This document shows, one piece after another, positions 1 to 9,957 of a stretch of DNA of 63,640 nt. A program made the position numbers and the translations under genes. Within the stretch, counting starts at the first letter, position 1; each line of letters opens with the position of its first letter. The notes below the pieces were generated by a model, which had not been told where the DNA came from, made no database searches, and saw only the letters and a program-made list of their open reading frames with translations. Source of the DNA: Victivallales bacterium (GTDB lineage Bacteria > Verrucomicrobiota > Lentisphaeria > Victivallales > UBA1829); the NCBI GenBank assembly GCA_045114455.1, contig JBGUKN010000053.1:1-63640 (forward strand), written 5' to 3'.

Positions 1-1782
1 GTGCATGAACTTGATGTCGATGTCGGCCACCACGCGGTCGCCGTAGGTGATGTGGAACTTGCCGGAGTGGTTGAAGCGGCCGAGCACGGTCGCCTCCACA
101 TCGCGTGCGGCGGCAAGCGCCAGGAATTCGTCGAGGCGTTCCGGCGCGACGGCGAAGCTCATGCGTTCCTGCGCCTCGGAAACGAGAATCTCCCACGGCT
201 GGAGGCCGGAGTATTTGAGCGGAGCCTTCGCAAGGTCCATGTCGCAGCCGCCGCAGACGTCCGCCATTTCGCCGACGCTGGAGGAGAGGCCGCCCGCGCC
301 GTTGTCGGTGACGAAGCGGTACAGGAGGCGTTCGCGCGCCTCGGGGATGAAGTCGCTCATGCGCTTCTGCGTGATCGGGTCGCCGATCTGGACCGCCTGC
401 ACGGGGCTGTCCTTGTGCAGCTCCTCGCTGGAGAACGTGGCGCCGTGGATGCCGTCCTTGCCGATGCGGCCGCCGGTCATCACGATGTAGTCGCCGGATT
501 CGATGAACTTCTCCCAGCCGTTGCGGTCGCCGACCTTGCGCGGAAGCGTGCCGACCGTGCCGCAGTACACGAGCGGCTTGCCGATGTAGCGGTCGTCGAA
601 ATATTCCCAGCCGACGGCGTACGGGATGCCGCTCTGGTTGCCGCCGTCGATCACGCCCTTGTGGACGCCGTCGCGGAGGCGGCGGGGATGCAGGAGCCCT
701 TCGGGGACGTTGATCGGGTCGGTGAACGGCGAACCGAGGCAGTAGCCCCAGACATTCAGCAGCAGGTCGGCGCCCTGTCCGGTCCCGAGCGGATCGCGGT
801 TCACGCCCACGATGCCGGTCATGGCTCCGCCGTAGGGATCAAGCGCGGACGGGCTGTTGTGGGTTTCGGCCTTGTAGACGAGGTCGAACCGGTCGTTGAA
901 GCGGATCACGCCTGCGTTGTCGGTGAAGACGGAGACGAGCCACGGCACCTCGGACTGAAGCTCCTTCGTGCTCTTCTTGATGTAGCTTTTGTAGAGCGAG
1001 GAAATCGTAATGGTCTTGCCGTCCGGGGTGGTGTAGTCGATGTCGGCGGCGAAAATCTTGTGCTTGCAGTGTTCGCTCCAGGTCTGGGCGAGGACTTCCA
1101 TTTCCACGTCGGTCGGCTTGCGGCCGAGCTGGCGGAAGTAGCCCTGGATGGACTTCATTTCCTCAAGGCTGAGGGCGAGCGTGCCCTTGTGGGAAAGCTC
1201 CATGAGCTGTTCGTCGGAGACTTCCAGGTCGTAGTCGCGGACGATGACCTCGCCGAGCCCCTTGATGACGGGCTTGTTCAGCGGAATGGAGGAGTTCACA
1301 AGCTCGTCGCGGGAGAAGACGTCGACCGATTCGATCAGGACGTTCGCGAGCAGGCCGGTGGCGATGCGCTGCGCCTGTTCACGGGTCATTTCGGGCGAAT
1401 CGACCAGATATTCGATGGAGCTGAACACCTGTTCCTCGCGGGAGAGCTTGCGGCCGATGATGTCGCCGATTGCCTCCCACGCCGTGCGCGCCACGTTGTC
1501 CGTCACACCCGGCTTGAATCCGACGCGAATCAGCCAGGTGTAATCCAGCCCGGCGGACGGCGTTTCGCCCACGATGCCGCTGCGGGTGACCGGGTCGGCC
1601 AGTTCGTGCGCGACCTTCGCGGCTTCGTCCGGCGTGATGTTCGCGGAGACGGTGTAGACAGAACGTGTGCGGATGCCGCGGACGGGCGGCAGACCGGGGA
1701 GAGCGGAGAGGCGGCGGACGACGCCCTGGCCGCGGGCGTCCTGCCACTGCGGCTTCACCGACATTTCAATGCGATAGTCCAT
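1..1782 (-). CDS. purL: Phosphoribosylformylglycinamidine synthase PurL (runs off the left edge; not in ORF track)
   Basis: Manual minus-strand translation from ATG at 1782 gives MDYRIEMSVKPQ...GFKPGVTDN...QTWSEHCKHKIF...ETHNSPSALDPYGGAMTGIVGVNRD, which are PurL motifs. AAGGA RBS lies upstream. Confidence 0.93.
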   Translation of the reverse strand, partial: MDYRIEMSVKPQWQDARGQGVVRRLSALPGLPPVRGIRTRSVYTVSANITPDEAAKVAHELADPVTRSGIVGETPSAGLDYTWLIRVGFKPGVTDNVARTAWEAIGDIIGRKLSREEQVFSSIEYLVDSPEMTREQAQRIATGLLANVLIESVDVFSRDELVNSSIPLNKPVIKGLGEVIVRDYDLEVSDEQLMELSHKGTLALSLEEMKSIQGYFRQLGRKPTDVEMEVLAQTWSEHCKHKIFAADIDYTTPDGKTITISSLYKSYIKKSTKELQSEVPWLVSVFTDNAGVIRFNDRFDLVYKAETHNSPSALDPYGGAMTGIVGVNRDPLGTGQGADLLLNVWGYCLGSPFTDPINVPEGLLHPRRLRDGVHKGVIDGGNQSGIPYAVGWEYFDDRYIGKPLVYCGTVGTLPRKVGDRNGWEKFIESGDYIVMTGGRIGKDGIHGATFSSEELHKDSPVQAVQIGDPITQKRMSDFIPEARERLLYRFVTDNGAGGLSSSVGEMADVCGGCDMDLAKAPLKYSGLQPWEILVSEAQERMSFAVAPERLDEFLALAAARDVEATVLGRFNHSGKFHITYGDRVVADIDIKFMH

Positions 1783-1874
1783 GAGCTTTATCCTTGCTTG
1801 AGGGGTTATTTAAAAAATTAATGTAAAGAAAAATATACCTCCGGAAGCATGTTTTTTCAAGCCGGAGGCATAAA

Positions 1875-2462
1875 TCATGACTTCTTTTTTCGGGCGTTCG
1901 CGCGGACCGTGCGGAAAAATGCCTGGAACATCTCCTTGCATTCCTCCTCCATGAGCCCGGCGGTCACTTCGACGTTGTGGAGCATACCGGGGAATCCGGT
2001 CACGTCCAGCGCGGTCCCGGCGGCGCCGCAGCGCGGGTCGCGCATGCCGTAAACAACGCGGCGGATGCGCGAGTTCACCATGGCCCCGGCGCACATGGCG
2101 CACGGCTCCTTGGTCACATAGATGTCGATGCCGTCCAGCCGCCAGTCGCCGATGACCTGCGGGAGCGACGCGATCAGCATGAGTTCGGCGTGGGCGGTCG
2201 CGTCCTTCAGCAGCTCCACCTGGTTCCACGAACGCGCGATGATGAGACCGTCCTTCACTGCCACGGCTCCGACCGGGACTTCGCCCGCGTCGGCGGCCTG
2301 CTGCGCGCACCGGAGCGCGGCGCGCATGTAGTAATCGTCCCCGAGCAGCGGCTTCGGCTCGCCGTCGTCCCCGCCGCTGAACGGAGCATCTTCGGACCCG
2401 AAGTCGAAGCCGTCCGATCCGGGCGGGGCAGGGAACAGGATGCCGGAGTCGTCACTTGACAT
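1875..2462 (-). CDS. tadA: tRNA-specific adenosine deaminase
   Basis: GEVPVGAV, AHAE and EPCAMC zinc-deaminase motifs; acidic N-terminal extension. Confidence 0.9.
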   Translation of the reverse strand: MSSDDSGILFPAPPGSDGFDFGSEDAPFSGGDDGEPKPLLGDDYYMRAALRCAQQAADAGEVPVGAVAVKDGLIIARSWNQVELLKDATAHAELMLIASLPQVIGDWRLDGIDIYVTKEPCAMCAGAMVNSRIRRVVYGMRDPRCGAAGTALDVTGFPGMLHNVEVTAGLMEEECKEMFQAFFRTVRANARKKKS

Positions 2463-3843
2463 GGACGGCGTCCTCGCGGAATTCGTTCAGGGCGTCTTCG
2501 CCGTGAATGGAGCGCATGAGCTTCACGTTCTCCTCGTAGAAAACCTGCGGGTCTGGCTGCTGCACCACCTCGCCGTTCGCCTCGTCCATCAGCGTCTTGC
2601 GTTTGGCGGGGTCGGAGAGGTAGTGGTCGAGGTAGCGCACGAGCGTGCGCGGCGACAGCTCCTCGAACTGCTTCTGGCCGAACTCGCTCACATAGTCGGA
2701 CGCGATCACGGCGACAAGGTTCTTCGACGGTTCGCGCAGGCCCTTCGCCGTGAGGAAGTCCAGGATCATCTCCTGGCACCGGATCTCGTCGAACATCGGA
2801 AACTCGCATCCGCGGCCGCGGCTGGAGATGTTCGCCGGGAACCGCTGGTTCGAGGCGATCGTGAGCGTGATGTTCTCCGGCAGCGAGAACGTGCCGCCGA
2901 TGTTCGTGCGGAAATAATACCAGTCGGTCTTGGACACGTCGATGTCGTCGAAGAACAGCATGAACTTGTGGTCCTTCCAGGCGGCCAGCTCGGCGATCAG
3001 CGGCTCCAGCCCGGCGCCCAGGTCGCCCGGCTGCGGGATGATCAGCGTGATATTCGGGAACGAAAGGCTGTAGGCGATGCTCATCTGCGTCTTGCCGAGG
3101 CCCGGCAGGCTCGAAATGAGAAGCGGCAGGTTGTTCCTCCCCTCGGAAAACGCCCGGAAATGCTCCTGGAACATCCGGCGGACGGACTGGTAGCCGTAGA
3201 ACTCGTCCGCGGACCGGATCGAGGGAAGCGTGAGCGGCACGAACGCGCCGTCCTGATGCCGGAAGATGCGGCCGTGCGCGAAGGGATCGTCCGAGGACAT
3301 GCGCGCGACTTCCAGCGCGACCGCGCCGGGCTTCATCCGCAGAAACGCGCTTTGCGCGGCCTCGAGCTTGAGCGCGGACGGACGGAGCCGGGAGACCGCG
3401 CCTTTTGGCGCTTCGCCGGAACGTTCCGCCAACAGGGTGCAGTACGCGGGGATCAGGTCTTTCAGGATTTCAGCCAGACGTACGGCGTGGTTGTAGAAAA
3501 ATGCGGCGTCGGAACCGGGGTCGTACGCGGCGGGATGCTGCCCGTGCGGAGACAAGGCCGCGAGACGTTCGAACAGCATTTTGTCGAGCAGACGGCTGAA
3601 CGGAAACCCGGTGCAGGATGCGGCGAGCAGGTTCAGCGCGTCGACTGGATCGTCCGCACCGTCCGGGGGCGCGAAAAGGTTTGCGGAAACTATGCCGTCC
3701 AGATCGTGCGCGACGGCGGAAAACGCGGCGCCGAGGCGGTCCGCAAACGAACCGGGCGCGGGAGATTCCCCCGTGAAAAACACATGGAATGACGCTTCCG
3801 CGGCGCGGCACGCCGTCAGAAGTCCGACAAGTTCGGTATTCAT
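2452..3843 (-). CDS. AAA+ ATPase-like protein (DUF815-like) with N-terminal extension
   Basis: Degenerate Walker A SLPGLGKT, Walker B FMLFFDD, sensor-like TIASN; overlaps tadA start. Confidence 0.6.
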   Translation of the reverse strand: MNTELVGLLTACRAAEASFHVFFTGESPAPGSFADRLGAAFSAVAHDLDGIVSANLFAPPDGADDPVDALNLLAASCTGFPFSRLLDKMLFERLAALSPHGQHPAAYDPGSDAAFFYNHAVRLAEILKDLIPAYCTLLAERSGEAPKGAVSRLRPSALKLEAAQSAFLRMKPGAVALEVARMSSDDPFAHGRIFRHQDGAFVPLTLPSIRSADEFYGYQSVRRMFQEHFRAFSEGRNNLPLLISSLPGLGKTQMSIAYSLSFPNITLIIPQPGDLGAGLEPLIAELAAWKDHKFMLFFDDIDVSKTDWYYFRTNIGGTFSLPENITLTIASNQRFPANISSRGRGCEFPMFDEIRCQEMILDFLTAKGLREPSKNLVAVIASDYVSEFGQKQFEELSPRTLVRYLDHYLSDPAKRKTLMDEANGEVVQQPDPQVFYEENVKLMRSIHGEDALNEFREDAVHVK

Positions 3844-3919
3844 GTCCGCACGCCTCCTTCCTGTTCAAAACGAATGCAGGGGCGGCCGGCGGTTCGGCCG
3901 CCTCGCGGGAACACCCCTC

Positions 3920-5413
3920 TTACGACAGCGGGGCGATGAATTCTTTCTGTGCTCGCGCCAGCTCGAACGCGCGTCCGGCGCGGAAGATACGTTTCTCCTC
4001 CATGGCCGGGGCGATGAGCTGGATCCCGACGGGCAGCCCTGTGCCGGGGTCAAGCGCGGCGGGCACGCTCAGGCCGCAGTCGCCGCTCAGGTTCAGCGCC
4101 GTGGTGAAGACGTCGGAAAGGTACATCTGCAGCGGATCAGTCTTCGCGCCGAAGTGGAACGCGGGCGCAGGCGTGACCGGGGTCAGCAGGAAATCGCAGA
4201 GCTTGTATGCCTCCTGGAAGTCGCGGCGGAGCAGCGTGCGGACCTTCTGCGCGCGCAGGTAGTAGGCGTCGTAGTAGCCGCTGCTGAGCACATAGGTGCC
4301 GAGCATGATGCGGCGGAGCACCTCGTTGCCGAACCCTTCGCCGCGCGATTTCTCGTAGGTCGAATTGATGTCGGTCGCGTGCGGGCTGCGGTAGCCGTAG
4401 CGGATGCCGTCGAACCGCGCCAGGTTCGCGCTCGCCTCGGCCGTGGCGATGATGTAGTAGCACGCCATGGCGTATTTCGTGTGCGGGAGCGAGACGTCGA
4501 CGAATGTCGCGCCGAGGGAACGGAACACCTCGACGGAATCGTTCATGATCCGCTTGACGGCGGGATCCATGCCCTCGAGTTCGTAGTATTCCTTCGGGAG
4601 GCCGATCTTCACGCCGTCGAGGCGCGGGTTCTGTTCGAACGCCTCCAGGTCGGCGGCGAATCCCTCCGGTTCCTGCGGCAGGCTCGTCGAATCCTTCCCG
4701 TCGTGTCCGGCGATCAGGTCGAGGATCGCGGCTGCGTCCCACACGGTGCGGGACAGCGGACCGATCTGGTCCAGCGAGGAGGCGAACGCCACCAGGCCGT
4801 TGCGGGAGACGCGTCCGTAGGTCGGCTTGAGCCCGACCACGCCGCAGAACGCCGCGGGCTGGCGGATGGAGCCGCCCGTGTCGGACCCGAGCGCGGCGAC
4901 CGTTTCGAGCGCAGCGACGGACGCGGCGGACCCGCCCGAGGAGCCGCCCGGCACGCAGTCGAGGTTCCACGGATTCGCGGTGCGCTGGTACGCGCTGTTC
5001 TCGCAGGAGGAGCCCATGGCGAACTCGTCCATGTTGGCGCGGCCGAGCAGGACGCAGCCGGCGGCCTTCAGTTTGCCGGTCACGAAGGAATCGTACGGCG
5101 AAATGAAGCCCTTCAGGATCTTCGAAGCGCAGGAGCACTGTTCGCCCGTCGTGCAGATGTTGTCCTTCAGGGTGATCGGGATGCCGTCGAAGTCGCCCAG
5201 CGGGGCGCCTGCGGCGCGGCGGGCGTCGGAAGCGGCGGCCTGCGCCAGAACGGATTCCGGGTTCACGGCGAGAAGCGCGCGGACCTTCGGCTCGACCGCC
5301 TGAATGCGTTCGAGGAATGCCGTGCAGAGCGCGACGGAAGTGGTGCGGCCGTCGCGGAGCGCGGCGGCGGCATCGCGGAGGGACAGGGAGATGAGCTCGG
5401 CGTTCGTCATCAT
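3920..5413 (-). CDS. gatA: Asp/Glu-tRNA amidotransferase subunit A
   Basis: KDNI, NMDEFAMGSS, GGSSGGSA, GSDTGGSIRQPA, RRIMLGTYVLSSGYYDAYY. Confidence 0.97.
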   Translation of the reverse strand: MMTNAELISLSLRDAAAALRDGRTTSVALCTAFLERIQAVEPKVRALLAVNPESVLAQAAASDARRAAGAPLGDFDGIPITLKDNICTTGEQCSCASKILKGFISPYDSFVTGKLKAAGCVLLGRANMDEFAMGSSCENSAYQRTANPWNLDCVPGGSSGGSAASVAALETVAALGSDTGGSIRQPAAFCGVVGLKPTYGRVSRNGLVAFASSLDQIGPLSRTVWDAAAILDLIAGHDGKDSTSLPQEPEGFAADLEAFEQNPRLDGVKIGLPKEYYELEGMDPAVKRIMNDSVEVFRSLGATFVDVSLPHTKYAMACYYIIATAEASANLARFDGIRYGYRSPHATDINSTYEKSRGEGFGNEVLRRIMLGTYVLSSGYYDAYYLRAQKVRTLLRRDFQEAYKLCDFLLTPVTPAPAFHFGAKTDPLQMYLSDVFTTALNLSGDCGLSVPAALDPGTGLPVGIQLIAPAMEEKRIFRAGRAFELARAQKEFIAPLS

Positions 5414-5721
5414 GCGATGCCCTCCCCGGGAAGGACCTGCGGGACCTTCACGAGTTCGCCTTCGATCAGGTCGGGCGCGTTGGCGAGCATGGCCTCGCGC
5501 GGGAAGGGATCGGAGGGCACGTCGTCGCGGAGCACGTTGGTGCGGGCGACGGCGTGGGCGGTCGGTTCGATGCCGGAGACGTCAAGCTCGGCGAGCATTT
5601 CGACATAGCCGACGATCTGCTCCATTTCGGACTGCAGACGCGGGATCATGTCCTGAGGCAGGCTCAGGCGCGCCAGCGAGGCGACCTGGGCCACGTCGAT
5701 TTTGGTTCCCTGTTCGGCCAT
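5410..5721 (-). CDS. gatC: Asp/Glu-tRNA amidotransferase subunit C
   Basis: VASLARL...LDVSGIEPT...LRDD...LANAP...VP; 4-nt overlap with gatA. Confidence 0.93.
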   Translation of the reverse strand: MAEQGTKIDVAQVASLARLSLPQDMIPRLQSEMEQIVGYVEMLAELDVSGIEPTAHAVARTNVLRDDVPSDPFPREAMLANAPDLIEGELVKVPQVLPGEGIA

Positions 5722-5751
5722 GGTGAATGCCTTTCCTGTCCCCGGTTCGGA

Positions 5752-7407
5752 TTACTGGTGTTCGAGCTTGATCGTTTCGGTCTTGGCGTCGCAGACGACG
5801 GACGGGCCGAAATACTGGATCGGGCCGGGATAGACGAACGATGTGTTCACGGCCCAGTCGTCGCGGTTGGCGGCGAAGAACTTGAACGGAGCATCGTCGA
5901 GCTCGACAAGCGCCTTCTTGATGACCGGCTTGTCCGCGCCGTGGCGGTGTTCGACGTTCATCATGGCGGTCAGCGGCACCGCGCCGGCGGTCCACTCGTC
6001 GGCGGATTTCGCGAGGTTGCCGACGTAGGACATGTAGGCGGTCGCGCCGGAGCCGATGATGGCGGCGGCGTTGAAGCCGAGGCTGTAGCAGTAGTCGGCA
6101 TCGAAGTTGGACGGAGCGGCGCAGCGGCCTTCGTAGCCGAAGAAGTGGGTCTGGCTGGAGAACTTGCCGACGTACTTGCCGTCCGCCTTCATGGCGGCGA
6201 GGCGCTGCTTCACGAGCTGGGCCAGGAGCTTTTCGGTCTCGATGAGGGACACCTGGACGTTGCCGTGCGGGTCGCGGTCCATGGAGAGCTGGAGCTGGAT
6301 GGCGGTCGGGAGCTGGGCGTAGACGTTCGCGCTGGCGGCGGAGAGCTTGCCGGAGATGTACGCGATCTTGTCTTCGGGCTTCGCGATGGCGTTGAATTCG
6401 TCCGCATTCGCGGCGAGGACGTCGTTGAGCTCGCCGATCAGGACCTTCATTTCCGGGATGAACTCGATGAGGCCTTCCGGCACGAGCACGACGCCGAAGT
6501 TCTCCTTGTTTTCCGCGCGCTTCGCGACGATCTTCGCGAGGTCGTCGACGATGCCGGAGAGCGTCTGCTTCTTCGCAGCGACTTCCTCGGAGATGATCGC
6601 GGCGTTCACGTGGGTCTTCAGCGCGCATTCGAGCGTGATGTGGGAGGCGGAACGGCCCATGAGCTTGATGAAATGCCAGTATTTCTTGGCGGAGTTGGCG
6701 TCGCGGGAGATGTTGCCGATGAGCTCGCTGTAGACCTTGCTGGCGGTGTCGAAGCCGAAGGAGGTCTCGATGAACTTGTTCTTCAGGTCGCCGTCGATGG
6801 TCTTCGGGCAACCGATGACCTGGATCGGGATGTTTTTCGCCTTGTAGTACTCGGCGAGCAGGCAGGCGTTGGTGTTCGAGTCGTCGCCGCCGATGATGAC
6901 GAGGGCGGAGATGCCGAGCGCCTTGCAGTTCACCGCGCCCTTGTCGAACTGTTCGACCTGTTCGAGCTTGGTGCGGCCGGAACCGATCATGTCGAACCCG
7001 CCGGTGTTGCGGTAGGCGTCCATGAACTCGTCGGTGATCTCGACGTAGTCGTTGTCCACGAGTCCGCTCGGGCCGCCCTTGAAGCCGAACATGCGCGAAG
7101 CCTTGTTCAGCGACTTGATGCCATCGTAGATGCCCGCGATCACGTTGTGGCCGCCGGGGGCCTGGCCGCCGGAGAGGATGACCGCCACGTTCACGGGCTT
7201 GCCTTCGCCCGCGCCGCCCGCGCTGAACTTCAGGTCGGGCATGTTGCTGGTGGACGGGAAAAGGGCGGCGATCTTTTCAGCATCGGCGAAAGCGGCCAGC
7301 GGGGCGCCCTTTTCGACCTTCACGGTCGCGCCTTTGCGAAGCGCGGGGGGCAGTTTCGGGGCGTATTCGCTGCGGACCTGCTGGAGCGGGGAAATCATCT
7401 TGGACAT
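5752..7407 (-). CDS. pfp: Pyrophosphate-dependent phosphofructokinase (long clade)
   Basis: [36 protein letters not shown]; start re-set to MSKM with GGAG RBS. Confidence 0.93.
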   Translation of the reverse strand: MSKMISPLQQVRSEYAPKLPPALRKGATVKVEKGAPLAAFADAEKIAALFPSTSNMPDLKFSAGGAGEGKPVNVAVILSGGQAPGGHNVIAGIYDGIKSLNKASRMFGFKGGPSGLVDNDYVEITDEFMDAYRNTGGFDMIGSGRTKLEQVEQFDKGAVNCKALGISALVIIGGDDSNTNACLLAEYYKAKNIPIQVIGCPKTIDGDLKNKFIETSFGFDTASKVYSELIGNISRDANSAKKYWHFIKLMGRSASHITLECALKTHVNAAIISEEVAAKKQTLSGIVDDLAKIVAKRAENKENFGVVLVPEGLIEFIPEMKVLIGELNDVLAANADEFNAIAKPEDKIAYISGKLSAASANVYAQLPTAIQLQLSMDRDPHGNVQVSLIETEKLLAQLVKQRLAAMKADGKYVGKFSSQTHFFGYEGRCAAPSNFDADYCYSLGFNAAAIIGSGATAYMSYVGNLAKSADEWTAGAVPLTAMMNVEHRHGADKPVIKKALVELDDAPFKFFAANRDDWAVNTSFVYPGPIQYFGPSVVCDAKTETIKLEHQ

Positions 7408-7587
7408 GGTGTCAGTCTCCTGTTGATGGATGGTTATGGTTTGGATTTGGAGTAATCTTATAATATACAGCGTGAAAGCCCTTTTTTCAAGCACGCGACG
7501 CGCCCCCGCGCGCATAAACTATAAAAAAGAATCCGATCCCCTTGACAGACCGGACGGTACAATAAAAAGAAGAAAGATGGAATTCGG

Positions 7588-8424
7588 TCAGCGGGTAGCC
7601 GAGGCGCGCATCCGGGCGATCTCTGCGGCATAGCCGTCCAGTTCGTTCGGGGTCTCGAGTTCGATCGGGAGGCCGCGCACGGGCTCCAGCGACACGAACC
7701 GCGCGAGCGCATCGAATCCGATCTCGCCCTCGTCGAGCTTCGCGTGGCGGTCCTTGTGCGACTCGAACGGCATCATGGAGTCGTTCAGATGGATTGCCTT
7801 CAGGCGGTCCAGCCCGACGATGCGGTCGAATTCCTCCAGCACGGCTTCCGGCGCGTTCACGATGTCATATCCGGCACAGAAGATGTGGCAGGTGTCCAGG
7901 CAGACCCCAAGCAGATCGCCGTATTTCGAGCGGGAAATGATCTCCGCCAGTTCCTCGAAGCGGGAGCCGACTTCCGAGCCCTTGCCGGACATCGTTTCGA
8001 GCAGAACGACCGGTTTCAGGCCGCGGTCCATGACCAGGTCGAGCGTTTCCGCGATCAGTTCGATGCCGCGTTCGATGCCCTGCCCCACATGGCTGCCGGG
8101 GTGGAAATTGTAGTAGACGCGCTCCACGGGGAAACGGTCCAGCAGCTCCAAATCGCTCCGCATGACTTCGCGCGCGAACCGCAGGGTATTCTCCGCCGCA
8201 GCGCACGGGTTCAGCGTGTACGGGGCGTGCGCGACCGCCGGGGCGAAACTGTGGTCCCGGAGAAACGCGCCGAGTTCGGCGAGTTCTTCATCCGACGGGA
8301 CGCGTCCCGATCCGCCGCGCGGATTGCGCGTGAAAAACTGGAACGTGTCGGCGCCGATCTGAAGCGCGTCCGCGCAGAGCTGGCGGTAACCGCCCGCCAC
8401 GGACAAATGACAGCCTATGTGCAT
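7588..8424 (-). CDS. nfo: Endonuclease IV
   Basis: IGCHLS, HAPY, HPGS, LETMSGKG, DTCH, HLNDS, DRHA, LETP metal ligands. Confidence 0.95.
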   Translation of the reverse strand: MHIGCHLSVAGGYRQLCADALQIGADTFQFFTRNPRGGSGRVPSDEELAELGAFLRDHSFAPAVAHAPYTLNPCAAAENTLRFAREVMRSDLELLDRFPVERVYYNFHPGSHVGQGIERGIELIAETLDLVMDRGLKPVVLLETMSGKGSEVGSRFEELAEIISRSKYGDLLGVCLDTCHIFCAGYDIVNAPEAVLEEFDRIVGLDRLKAIHLNDSMMPFESHKDRHAKLDEGEIGFDALARFVSLEPVRGLPIELETPNELDGYAAEIARMRASATR

Positions 8425-8473
8425 GATTCTTTTCTTTTAACGGGGAGTTGATCCGGCCCTGATCCGGCGTCGG

Positions 8474-8518
8474 AAAACAAAACATGGAAGACAGCGGGGC
8501 AAACCGCCGTCTTCCATG
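8474..8518 (-). terminator. Probable intrinsic terminator after the prepilin gene
   Basis: Inverted repeat CATGGAAGAC...GTCTTCCATG preceded on + by an A-rich tract (U-tract on minus). Confidence 0.55.
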
Positions 8519-8574
8519 GGATACTCATTCCATGCGGTGAGAACACCGCCTGAATTCGATCTCAGCAGATCAGA

Positions 8575-9156
8575 TCAGAAGGAGTAGGTGGACATCTTCT
8601 TCTGATAGCAGAAGTCCTGAATGGCGCTGTCGGCATACCATTTCTTGCTGGCAGTACCGTTGGCAACACCGACGGAACCGTCGCCGCGGACGAAGCGGCC
8701 GGTGGAAGCGTGGTTGTCGCCGCCGTCGGCGGAAACCGGGGACAGGGTGGCGTTGCCGCCCATGAGGCCGTCGCACCAGTTGTAGGAGACGTGGCTGCCG
8801 GTGGCGAGGGAGTCGGTGGACTTGCCGGCGGTGATACCGGACTTACTCGGGCAGAGATAGCCCTTCGGGTCGGTCAGGAGGTCCTGAGCGCGGAGCAGTT
8901 CGAAGCTCTTTCCGCTGGAACCGTCCATCCACTTCGGGTTCTTGGTGGAGGCGGAGGTCGGATAGCAGTCATCATAGCTCATGGCATACTGGAAGAAGGC
9001 TTTGCCGATCTGGGAAAGCTTGCTGGTGCAGTCTGCCTGTTTGGCTTTTTCCTTGGCCTGGTTGAGGGCGGGGAGGAGCATGCCGGCGAGGATGGCGATG
9101 ATCGCGATCACGACGAGGAGCTCGATCAGGGTGAAGCCTTTGTCTTTTTGTTTCAT
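8575..9156 (-). CDS. Prepilin-type N-terminal cleavage/methylation protein with H-X9-DG motif (PVC type)
   Basis: [31 protein letters not shown]; C-terminal [12 protein letters not shown] is H-X9-DG; AAAGGA RBS. Confidence 0.9.
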   Translation of the reverse strand: MKQKDKGFTLIELLVVIAIIAILAGMLLPALNQAKEKAKQADCTSKLSQIGKAFFQYAMSYDDCYPTSASTKNPKWMDGSSGKSFELLRAQDLLTDPKGYLCPSKSGITAGKSTDSLATGSHVSYNWCDGLMGGNATLSPVSADGGDNHASTGRFVRGDGSVGVANGTASKKWYADSAIQDFCYQKKMSTYSF

Positions 9157-9223
9157 GGTGTTGTGTCCTTTATGGTTGGTTGTGAAACAAGAAATTTGTA
9201 TAGTCTGGAACAATGCACCTATT

Positions 9224-9252
9224 ATTATACCACATTTTCCGAAAAAAGACAA
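9224..9252 (-). promoter_or_regulatory. Sigma70-type promoter for the prepilin gene
   Basis: Minus strand TTGTCT-N17-TATAAT with TG extended -10. Confidence 0.65.
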
Positions 9253-9309
9253 GAGGAAAACCGGACGGAAGGCAATTTTTTTGAAAAAAAGTCTGTTTTT
9301 CGATTATTT

Positions 9310-9957
9310 TTATTTATTTGCATTCATAACAGTCCTTTTTACGGCGTCGAATGACGCGCAGACGGCATCCGGCTGATTTGCGTCCGGCGCACCGTAACCG
9401 TAAGTACAGTGCGCGGTCCGGAATCCGGCGGCGCGGCCGGAATCGATGTCCGTCCAGTTGTCGCCGACCATCCATGAAACGGCGGCGTCCGTATGCGTTT
9501 CCTTCAAAATATAATAGAGGGCATCGGGCGCCGGTTTCAGCGGGAACCCGGAATCCGCGCCGACAACGACCGGAAAAAGGTCTTCAATGCCGAGCCCTTT
9601 CAGAATGAAGCGCGTAGACGCATAGGGCTTGTTCGTGAAGACGGCCAGACGGAATCCGGCGGCGCGCAGCGCGTCCAGTCCTTCCGGGACGCCGGGATAA
9701 AGTCGCGTCTCGTCGATGAGATGCGTGTCGTATTCATGGCGGTAACGGCGGAAAGCCTCGTCCGGATCAATGCCGGGGGTGTCCGCCAACGCCCGCGCCA
9801 CCAGGACACGCGCACCGTTGCCGACCATGCGGACAACGGATTCGCGCGGAAGCTGATTCAGACCGAAAGAGGCGCGCATGCGGTTGATCGCGGCTCCGAT
9901 GTCTCCGGCGGAGTCGATCAGCGTGCCGTCCATGTCGAACGCGACGACTGCGTTCAC
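9310..9957 (-). CDS. gph: HAD-family hydrolase (phosphoglycolate phosphatase-like)
   Basis: FDMDGTLIDS, FTNK, KPAP, VGDNWTD; GTG start overlapping the tsaD stop (GTGA). Confidence 0.8.
   Translation of the reverse strand: MNAVVAFDMDGTLIDSAGDIGAAINRMRASFGLNQLPRESVVRMVGNGARVLVARALADTPGIDPDEAFRRYRHEYDTHLIDETRLYPGVPEGLDALRAAGFRLAVFTNKPYASTRFILKGLGIEDLFPVVVGADSGFPLKPAPDALYYILKETHTDAAVSWMVGDNWTDIDSGRAAGFRTAHCTYGYGAPDANQPDAVCASFDAVKRTVMNANK

Noticed and set aside
1-1821. 606-aa plus-strand ORF
   Set aside because: Antisense shadow of purL; the minus strand carries the PurL motifs, and strong GC3 bias keeps the opposite frame open.
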